Shown here one piece after another: positions 1-10,500 of a stretch of DNA of 34,321 nucleotides. The stretch is taken from NCBI GenBank assembly GCA_024626585.2, contig JANKJI020000001.1, positions 521,193-555,513 on the forward strand, in the 5' to 3' direction. The notes beneath the pieces were generated by a model. It was not told where the DNA came from. It saw nothing but the letters and a program-made list of their open reading frames with translations, and did no database searches. The stretch's first letter is position 1; the number at the start of each line of letters is the position of its first letter. The stretch is from Ginkgo biloba (Eukaryota > Plantae > Ginkgophyta). A program made the translations under genes and the position numbers.

Positions 1-1672
1 AGGACAAACCCATAAATTCCCTAATTTGCATATTCATCAAATTGGTCATAGCTTTTCTAAAAGATATCATTGCCTAGTTTTTTTCCCTTAATCTACATTA
101 TTCGAGTTATTAGATTAACCATGTGGGAAAGCAATCACTCTATGTGTATAATCTTATAATTTGCATGTTAATTTTAAGACCATTTTATATTTCATAGTCC
201 ATGATTTTCAANNNNNNNNNNNNNNNNNNNNNNNNNNNNNNNNNAAATCATAGAAAAACTAGAGGATATATCTCCATTTTCATTTGCCTCGAGACAACTA
301 TTAAATAATTGTACTTTCTAATGATCAATTTTCCATTTAAAGGAAATGGTCACTAACAAATTCTATTATATATTGAAGTGTATATGACAAAATGCATACT
401 ATAGGACAATGGACGCACATTTCTTAAGATTGATTGAGTGGATGCCGACAAATTTATTCGTCCAACATAAAGGCCAGCTACTACTAGGCTATGTTATGTA
501 TTGTAGGGATAATGCATAAAAGAAAAATAATTCAATTATATCTCTTGGATTTAATGAAGTACAAGGTCCATTACTTTTGGCATTCAACATTTTTTATTTT
601 AAGGGACCTAATTTGGAAATACCAATCTCAAGAAGAGTGGTAGGATCACATATGAACACTTACACACTATATTAATGATTAGGTTATAAAAGGAAAGTAT
701 AATTGTTAGTGACATAAAGTACAGTATAAAAAAAGCCAAATACTAAAGCGAGTTGACATTATAACCATTCTTGCCATCAAGTAGACATTGATGATATGCC
801 AAATTATAAATGAATGTTAATATGTTTGGGACTAATTTGTACTAAAGGAAATTGTTACTTTTTAAATTCAAATTTAGTTCTTATAATATTAGTAATAAAC
901 CCCTAGAATCATGATTGTTATAAATTCTCTCCAACACCATTTATTACTAGTTTATTTTTCCCTGCTCTTTTAACTTTAAAATGTTTTGATTGAGGGTATA
1001 TAGTTAAATTTACTCATTATAATAGATGAAGATTTATTACGAGTAATAAAAGACAAATGCTTACATAGTCATATAACTTCCCCTGTACAAGGGGTGGCAT
1101 TTTTTTAGGGGGAGTTGGGGAATCAAGAGGGTTTACAAAAAGGAAGAGCTTGGCGTGTGGGGTTGGGTACTATTGAATTAACACCATAGGATATTTTTGT
1201 AATAGTTGTAATGACCTATACATGGAAATTCAAGAAGTTATAAAAAGCACAATGATTCCCTCAAATTATCGTGATTTAGAATGCCAACAATTTCTAAACC
1301 ACCATAATTTTTTCTAATTGACATGGGTATTAAAAGTAAAGAAGATGATTGGTGTTCCTTAACCCAAGGGATAATTTTGCATGCATAACAACTCTCTAAA
1401 CATGCCCTAAACATGCTATAGTAGTGTTAACTTCATCATGAAGCTTATGACAAGTATGATTATAAAGCACGAAGCATAACCTAAGTAAGAACATCATGGG
1501 CTTTTGATCATATTGTCTAAATTACATTTTGATTTTTTCAAAGCCTTATTCTCTTGTTATAAGACAACCATCTAAGATCACTAGAAGTATAATTCTCTTT
1601 TTATGGATTTGCTTCCATTTTGGCCATAAGAGAGTGAAGAGGGATAAACATGTTCTAGAAAGGTGGTTATTA

Positions 1673-1712
1673 TTCTTATAAGGTACCCTTGATTTAAATT
1701 CATTTATATAGA
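1673..1712 (+). repeat. 40-bp direct repeat, second copy at 3663-3702; probable LTR 5' end (TGTAAGGTACCC)
   Basis: 38/40 identity between copies; the first copy is preceded by purine-rich gaaaggtgg. Confidence 0.7.
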
Positions 1713-2138
1713 TTGTAAACACCCTAAATCCACCACTTTAATTTCATTGTCACTTTACCATNNNNNNNNNNNNNNNNNNNNNNNNNNNNNNNNNNNNNNN
1801 NNNNNNNNNNNNNNNNNNNNNNNNNNNNNNNNNNNNNNNNNNNNNNNNNNNNNNNNNNNNNNNNNNNNNNNNNNNNNNNNNNNNNNNNNNNNNNNNNNNN
1901 NNNNNNNNNNNNNNNNNNNNNNNNNNNNNNNNNNNNNNNNNNNNNNNNNNNNNNNNNNNNNNNNNNNNNNNNNNNNNNNNNNNNNNNNNNNNNNNNNNNN
2001 NNNNNNNNNNNNNNNNNNNNNNNNNNNNNNNNNNNNNNNNNNNNNNNNNNNNNNNNNNNNNNNNNNNNNNNNNNNNNNNNNNNNNNNNNNNNNNNNNNNN
2101 NNNNNNNNNNNNNNNNNNNNNNNNNNNNNNNNNNNNNC

Positions 2139-2335
2139 TCCATGTAAAGGCGACTTGTTTCCTCTTGAAAGGAGATGCTACCCATAAAAAAAAAGCAAGG
2201 TATTCTTGAGAAGACATCATTTGAATCCTCTTGACACTCCATCCTCCATCCTCCATAGTGGCAACTACAAAAATATTGCATGATTTTGTGAGCAACCACA
2301 TCCATTTCATGAGCACATCTACACAAGCCAAAGGG
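2139..2335 (-). mobile_element. Possible decayed Gypsy reverse-transcriptase C-terminal fragment
   Basis: FLWVASPFKRKQVAFTW resembles the RT FS.IA.PL..LLKK...F.W segment; weak. Confidence 0.35.
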
Positions 2336-4989
2336 ATTGTCTGCATATGTAAGTGAATGTATGATCTTTTATCTCTTTTATTTCTCAATCTGAGGGTATG
2401 TTTGGTTTAGATTAGAAGATTTGCACTATTCATTGTTTTTGGCATGTGGTTTGAATTAACGTATATCATTTTGGCACGTCCGGTGGGATCGCACCCCATA
2501 GTAGATTTAACGTCTCTACTCAAAATGAGAATGCCAACTAACGCCTCTGTGCAAGTCTACACATTTACAAATGAATGTTTTTATGCATTTTTTCTTAAGG
2601 CTCTTATGCTTAAGCTGTAGATATGTGTGCTTTTTAGCCTGTGCATGAATTGCTTCACGTCATAATAAATGGAAAAAGGCACAGCGTTTAAAATTAACAC
2701 CAACATTGCAGATTATTAACATGTGTGTGCAGACTATTAGCGTATAGTGTTTAGCATTTAGAATCAATGTCATAGTTTGATATTTTGATCCTGTTAATCC
2801 AGGCGTTGTTCCTCTGTAGAACCTTGTATCCATAGACAGGCTCGCAACTTCGTGGATATTGTGTTGCATCCCATCATTAAAGTGCTCTCGTAGAAACTCG
2901 ATAACCATAAAAGTGCAAGTTAAAGAAAGAACACATCATATAACTCTGGGAACACATCACCTAAAAAATCCTTTTGTTCCTTCTGTATTCCATATTTGTT
3001 GAAAAGTATCAAGCCAACCCTTATAGCATATGTTTGTTTGATCCCTTCACTTGAAGTTGTGTTTTGATAACATCAAGGGGTGTCATCAAATAAGCATTGG
3101 TATCACTGTTAAAAATGTAGCCCGTGCATAAAATGCATCTTCTCTAGTTTTCTATGCTTTAGAGCTTGATATCTATAGATCCTATTCATGTTTAAGATTG
3201 ATAGCCATTTAAGTCGATATTTTTTTGTGTGGATTATGTTGATTTTAAGCTTAAACACTGAATCGACGTTGGAGATCATTGGAAGTTGAGTTTGGGCTCT
3301 AATGTTTATTGTTTGTAGTTCCGTTTAGAGTTTTGCATCTATTTTTTTTTTTTACTGACCGTTGCATTTTTTGGTGTCCATTCGTTGGCTGTTTACATTT
3401 TTGTGTCTGGCATTCATTCCTTGGTGTTTAAAGACTGTTTACCTCTTGTTTACATACGACGTCCATGTGTCTCTAACATCCTTGTGTAGAACCTATTGCA
3501 GGCATGCATTAGGCCATTGGGTCATTTGAGAGATACATTATCATGAACATATATGTCCAAGTNNNNNNNNNNNNNNNNNNNNNNNNNNNNNNNNNNNNNN
3601 NNNNNNNNNNNNNNNNNNNNNNNNNNNNNNNNNNNNNNNNNNNNNNNNNNNNNNNNNNNNNNTTCTTGTAAGGTACCCATGATTTAAATTCATTTATATA
3701 GACTTATTTCATTTTTTACTATAACTGTATAATCTCTTATGTGTATGATTTACGTATCATATGTTTAATTTATCACATTGACATTAAACATAGGAAAGTG
3801 GAGTTATGCATTTATGGATTATATAGGTCGCACAAATAATAAGTGGAATAACTCTTTCTATTAATATGTATTCTTGGCTTATATAAGTTGCACAACATCC
3901 TTGGTAGAAATAAGATCAATAAGAAGACATAAAGCAACTTCATAGCCTAAGTAACTTATCCTACTCACCTTTAATTATTGATGAAGATTTTGGAGTGCTT
4001 AAATCTTGGCTATAGTGACCTATTGTTTATATTAATTTGTTCATTCCCTTATCCAAATCCTTTCATTTTCCATAATCAACTCAAGTGATCTAAAATCAAT
4101 AAACAAGGAAATAGAACATATTATATGGATGTTGAAAAGTCGCAATACATTTGAGTTTATTTATCTCTAGATAATGAAGAACATGTAATTTTAAAATAAC
4201 TGCATAAATGAGCTACAACTCTATTGAAAGGTTATCGATAAATAGAAATATGGAAGAGGGGTTTAAGTTGTCCATAATGTCACTTGTTGAATGTCTTCCC
4301 TCTAGAATTTCACCTTTTGCCTCTTTAATCCAAGTTCGAAGGATAATTGTTGACTTCAATATAATAGTGGGAAGAAGGTTGGAAATATTAAGAAAAGTTG
4401 CAAAATCTATCTAAAGGATAATCAATGGTATACAACTTCCCCATCAAGGTCTTGAACCAAAATTAACTATGAGCTCCAACAAGAACCCCTTGGTAGGGTC
4501 CTCGGGGTAAATCCTCTAGTAGGGTTTACGATTCGAAGCCTAAGAGACCATATGGTCAATTTGCATAATGAATGTTTGAACTCTAATGCTTTTGGATGTG
4601 GNNNNNNNNNNNNNNNNNNNNNNNNNNNNNNNNNNNNNNNNACTGGAGTAGTTTATAAAAATACAAAATAGTCCAATACGAACTCAAGTAAAATATCACC
4701 TTTAGCAGATTTGTCCAACATCATAGAACATGCTAAGGAAGAAAACTTAAGTAATAAATAAGTTTCATAATGGATAGATGAAAATTTTCTTTTATAGGAT
4801 GGAGAATTCAACTAAACTTTAGGAAAATTTGAAGTTTTATTTGAGCAAGATCNNNNNNNNNNNNNNNNNNNNNNNNNNNNNNNNNNNNNNNNNNNNNNNN
4901 NNNNNNNNNNNNNNNNNNNNNNNNNNNNNNNNNNNNNNNNNNNNNNNNNNNNATTCTTCCCCTTTAGTTGTTCACCTTTTGTTTTGCCA

Positions 4990-5940
4990 AGGTTCTACAG
5001 AAGCTCCACCAATACTTTTGCTAACCTTCCCTTCGTCATTATTTGTCTAATTTTCTTCGTTAATGTCCATCATGCCATCCTTTTAAATCTCCTAAACTTC
5101 ATCCTACTAGGCAATTAGAACCTAGAGCCTTCTCATTTGAGTTGGCAGCCTATGACATTATTGGTCCTTTTCCTCTTTCGCCCACCAAAAATTGGTATCA
5201 TTGTTGTCACTGAGCATCCCACTCGTTAGTCTATGGCTACAACTATTCCCTCCTACGATACGAATGAAGTTGCAAAATTCTTGTTCACAATTGTTTGCAA
5301 TCACTCTTGTCCTTCTAGCATCCTTTCTGACTGTGGTTCAAATTTCACTTCTCAAGTTTTGCAACTTGTCACCTTTTCTTTAGGTATTCATTGATCATTC
5401 ACCAATCCTTTTCATCTTGCTACCAATGGCCTTACTAATCACCTCAATGCCACAATGAAACAAATGCTAGCCATGTATGTCAATCCTTAACATAGTGATT
5501 GGGATGAGTTTTTCCCTTCCATCCTATTTGCCTATACTACCTTTGTTCAAGCTTCCACTCAAATCTCATATTTTCATCCCTTGTATGGTATGTTCAGAAT
5601 CCCATCTTACCTCCAACAGTCAAATTGCTAGACCATTGCAAGCTTCATCCTTCTACATAAACTTTATATGACTGTCTAGCATATATGTTATGCTCAATTT
5701 CATTGCAAAACCTTTCTATGGCTCATCAACAACATAAACAGCACCATGATCAGCATCATCAAATTCAGCTGGGGGATTTGGTGTCAGTCTATTATTCATT
5801 ATGGAAACAGGTCCTCTTAGAGAGTCCAGTACATTGTTGGTTAGCACCTTACAAAGTGCTTTGCTTGCTCACTCCTTCAACATTTTAGCCATAGCATTCA
5901 GCAAATATGGCACATGTTTCACACATGAAGCCTTTTTACC
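4990..5940 (+). mobile_element. Degenerate Ty3/Gypsy integrase (rve core to C-terminus)
   Basis: Manual translation through stops and frameshifts: FELAAYDIIGPFPLS..NWY/IIVVTEHPTR*..EVAKFL..PSSILSDCGSNFTS..NPFHLATNGLTNHLNATMKQML..DWDEFFPSILFAY..AHVSHMKPFY. Confidence 0.85.
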
Positions 5941-6792
5941 CCTCTTCTTTCTCTTCAAGTAGGACAATATAAGCCCCCCCCCCTCAAATTGTCAAAACAA
6001 TAGAAAAGAAATGTTGACTAGAGGTAGCTCCAATTTTTTCGAAGATAGTAATTTTTTTTGGTAAGGACATACAAAGCCACCAATTGTTTATTGCACGTGA
6101 CAATATAAATACATTCCATATTTATATTATGAAATGCCCTACACACTATTATGAATCCCTCACTGGCGGTAGGAACATTAAAAAAAATCATGGGAAGCCA
6201 ACACACGAAGCACGAAGGTTATTTTGCAAATGTTGGAGCAACGAATGTTACATTGGCCCATTCTGAGTCTTGTATAATCGAGAGAGAAAAAACTTGGTGT
6301 CAGAGCAGCATCAAGAGTTTCTTGACCATGCGTGATGGTGATGAATGTTGTTGCCCTTGAATTTGAAACAAACAACTGAATCAGAGAACCTTGATTCGAT
6401 TTCCATCAAGGATCTCTGAATCAAAAAACATGACAAATCGGATCAGACATGACAATCCATTTATGTAAAAAATTATTAGTATTCATATATGGTTTAAATN
6501 NNNNNNNNNNNNNNNNNNNNNNNNNNNNNNNNNNNNNNNNNNNNNNNNNNNNNNNNNNNNNNNNNNNNNNNNNNNNNNNNNNNNNNNNNNNNNNNNNNNG
6601 TGAATGTTTATGGATTGATTTATCTTGGATTCATTTGATGTGATGGTGATAGATAATAGTTTTATAAATCAACATTGGATAATTAGGATAGAGTTAGATC
6701 CTTATGCTAGTTGATTTAATAGGTTCATAAAGTTGTAAGGAATCAGCCTCGGAGTTCGTGTGATCAGTGCGTGGGAATTTTTTTTCAATTTT

Positions 6793-6966
6793 TCACTCAA
6801 ATGCCCATTGGTTTTCGCGTCTAACTTCCTCCTCCTCTTCGGGAGTGAAATCATTCTTGATATTGAATGTTTTTCGAATCTCTTCCGGAGTCTTCCCCTT
6901 TATCATGTCCGCCACCGTCTGGCATGTCAGATCCAAAAGGTTCTTAATGTTGAGATAATTGGCCGC
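6793..6966 (-). CDS. SKP1: SKP1 (ASK1-like) 3' exon encoding the C-terminal F-box-binding region; 5' exon not visible
   Basis: [57 protein letters not shown] is the canonical SKP1 C-terminus. The tgtttgcag acceptor sits at the conserved plant SKP1 intron position (LIL|AANYL, phase 0). Confidence 0.96.
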   Translation of the reverse strand, partial: AANYLNIKNLLDLTCQTVADMIKGKTPEEIRKTFNIKNDFTPEEEEEVRRENQWAFE

Positions 6967-7447
6967 CTGCAAACAATGGCACAAAGCCTTAGAACATGTC
7001 CAATGCCGGAACGATTCGATTGACTAACAAGGAGGGAAACAATAATGCTTTAAAAAAAGGAGCAAGGATTTAACAGAGATGCAAACTGCAAGTGATGTGA
7101 GCAGCAGAGTCCATTTAAAAGAAATGCACAGGAGGTAAAGCACGGATTTTATCATTCATATTGAAAATTGAAGTCAGATTTCAAACTTTGCAGGGATGTT
7201 GACCACAGAAGAATGGTGTTTTGGCCTGGAAGAACCATGTAACCTGCGTGACAAGTGTCAGCCAGGCCTAAACATCCATAGTTGTTTCAGATTCCAAACC
7301 CAAAATCCACAGGAATCATTCCACCTAGGCAACCCTGATTTCAAGATAAGCATTGTTCATGTTTGGTGCATAATAAGAGATCTATTCAAAGAAATTTTAT
7401 TACAATTCTTAATAAAACTTTGGAAATCAACCCATTTCAATAAATTT

Positions 7448-7555
7448 CTAGGAGTTTATCAGTCGTTCCTTAAGCAATTGTAGAACTTTGTTAGCATCTA
7501 CTGTCACTGCCACTTTTACCAAAGGTTTATTTGACCACTCTGTAATTTCCCCCAC
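7448..7555 (-). CDS. URH2: URH2-like last exon (..GEITEWSNKPLVKVAVTVDANKVLQLLKERLINS*), out of phase with exon 8 by 1 nt
   Basis: atgcag acceptor at 7556-7557, TAG at 7448-7450; matches the URH2 C-terminus. Confidence 0.88.
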   Translation of the reverse strand: MGEITEWSNKPLVKVAVTVDANKVLQLLKERLINS

Positions 7556-10500
7556 CTGCATTCAACAAAATACACAGGATGTTTTATCATTAGAAAATAC
7601 TCATCTGAGTGTATGCTATCATTGCAAATACAGTTAACAAGTTATACGGTTACTTTTATGACTCGTACTGTTGATAACAGTTCATGGGCTAGAGAAGGAA
7701 GGGTAAGAAAATTTCCAGAAAATGTATTAGAGTTCTGTTGAGAATGCTCGATCTAGTTATCCATTGATTCATTTTACCCTATGTTGATGGATTCTTCCCT
7801 TTTTTTAAAGATGAGAAACTTTTAGGATCAGACCAATTGAAAACTGCTCATTAGAGAGATTAGTTCTAAGTGTTGTTCCAAAGGATAGAGAATCAAGAAT
7901 GTACGCAAGTAAACTTTGTACATAATAGAGAAAGCATTGGAAAGCCCTTTTCACATGTCTAGGAGAATGATATGAATAACGATCAACCAATATTGACCAA
8001 CATACAGGAGAAGGATATGAGAAACAATATATCAACACTGAACAGGGCAGGCATAATTGAACATACAGTTATGCTAAATATTTTAGATTTTTCAAGCACA
8101 TGCAGGGGTTTGACGCACATGACCAATTGATTGAATGGTCTTTGTGTCTGGTAATCTCTTTCCTAACAGGAATGATATGAATAAGAAATCCTAGAGCAAC
8201 AACCCCGCTCGTCGGAGAGAAAAATGCACATTTACATTCAAATTAAAAATGAAAACAGATATTCATATTAAAATTGTCAACATCTAACTTGTTAAAGAAG
8301 AAATGGAAGGCTCGACATCATGCAGTCAACATATGGGCAAGATGCATTATAGATGTCTAACAGCAAGCAACTAACCTTTTCTTCATGTTGTCAAATAGAG
8401 TAAGACCTCTAAATATACCCTTCGCTTGCACTCTAACTACACCCTCCACATACGTCATGAGCAAGGGATCAATAGCCGCAAACATAGCAGTGGGATCGTG
8501 AAGATATACTCCTGCATTGATTTTAACAAAAGCTTGAAACATGAATTAGTACAAAGATTACAACTCCAAAACAGACAGACTTTTTAATATCACATAAATT
8601 CCAAAGCACACTTCCTTAGGCTTCCACAAAAACTCTCAGGTATCTCTCGCATTGAAGCAGAAAATCTTCCAATCTATGCCTATGTAGTGCTGTGAAAAAG
8701 TCTATTATGTTCTTGATCGGCTGATAGTCTCAGATATCGTCACTGTTATATACTTACCACGTATGTTATATGCCTCATGATGGTAAGAAAAATAAAACTT
8801 TAAAATGTTGCAAATATACTGTGCATATTTTCCCTTCGATCTTGCAAGGTCTTCAAGGTCTGTGTCTGCAAGGTTGGTTTGTTGTTAGCACTATACCATA
8901 CTTTCATATGTAGACAGAACATACTGAGCATTCGTAACATGAAATAAAGAGGGGACATATTGGTACAGTGTACCTGTCTTTTGTATGCAAATGGACTAAC
9001 CTTGTTTCACATAACACATGGATGGAAACAGTTTAGGTTAGTTCTACAAGTACAACAGAATAATAAGGAAATGAATACCTGTCATAACAACTTGATGTGT
9101 AACATTAATCCCAACAACTATGATATCTGCCCCACTTGTGAATACAATATCAGCAGCTTCTGGGTCCCCAAAGATCTGGTTAATCGGACCAAGTTAATCA
9201 ATGGCAATTTGACAATAAAAGGACAGAAGCATAGTATATAAAATATTACTTAATTCTGCATTTCATTTGCTCTCTTTGCTACAACGAAGCATGTCTCTGA
9301 AAATTACTCCAGACCATTGCATCTCTATGCAAGTAATTCATATTAGCCATTTATTAGTACAGAATGGTACAATTTTTCTGGCTATCAAAACCCCATTCGA
9401 CATCTGAACAAGAAAACATCAAAACCTACTTTGATGTGTTTAGATAATCGACCTTGGTTTGAAATATTACAGTTATGTAGTTGGATATTGAGATAGTTGT
9501 TAAGTAGTGAATGTAATAGTTGCCAACTATCAGTATTGTTGACTCCGAGAGTCGTCAAGGGAAAAATGACCGTGCTCAGACCCTGACTGACNNNNNNNNN
9601 NNNNNNNNNNNNNNNNNNNNNNNNNNNNNNNNNNNNNNNNNNNNNNNNNNNNNNNNNNNNNNNNNNNNNNNNNNNNNNNNNNNNNNNNNNNTCCCAAAAC
9701 AACAAAGGTAAATTCAAAATACAGGAAAAATAAAACAAGAAAAAGATAAAGGGATGGAAGCAAACTACAAAACTCAGAGCTAAGAGAAAGAAATGGAATT
9801 TGCAATTTGAATATTATTCTTTAATCCTTTTTCAATTTTTAACCCCTTTTTCCCAAATTTCCACACTTGGGCAAGTTCAAACTTCACTTAAAATGCCTAA
9901 AATAACGCAAAACAAATCAAATTTAAATGATGATTTAAAAGTGCAACAAAATCAGATGTAATTATGAATGTTGCTGTTGTTTTTTTTTTTTTAATGCAAA
10001 ATTTCTTAATACTTAGTGTTATTCTAACCTATGGTTCTTTGATTCTTGGTTACATCTAGAATTATCACAAAATTAAATGCAATTTTATGTGTGAATTCTA
10101 AACTAAAAGTGAACACAATTATGCTTTGTACTTTTCCCTAATTTAATTTGTGTAGACATAGATTCTTTGATGATGCCCTAAAACTTGATTTTGTGCTTTT
10201 AATCAAATTTCAAAATGAAAAAGAAAAAAATAAAAAATGATGAAAATTTCAGCTATGATTCCAAATTTGCAAACACAATTAGCTATCCCCTACTTTTTCC
10301 CAAGCTAATTTATGCTAACACCATTTTTTTATGGATGCCCTAAACTTTGATGAATGCAAATACAAGATTCATGGAACTTACTACACAAATTGAATGTTGA
10401 AAGGAGGTCTATTGATGTCGGCCCATCTCCCACCAAATTAACTTTCCTTCTTTGTCTACAACCTATCCACCTCTGTTGTGACTCAAATACGAAGCTTGAA

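Noticed and set aside
1724-2388. Long ORFs in the supplied track that span N runs (also 12227-12576, 13903-14476 and others)
   Set aside because: Their length is an artefact of translating assembly gaps.
2660-2908. 82-aa minus-strand ORF
   Set aside because: No recognisable motif or splice context.
6298-6325. Partial resemblance to miR172 or its star strand (gcagcatcaaga)
   Set aside because: Too many differences and not within a matching hairpin.
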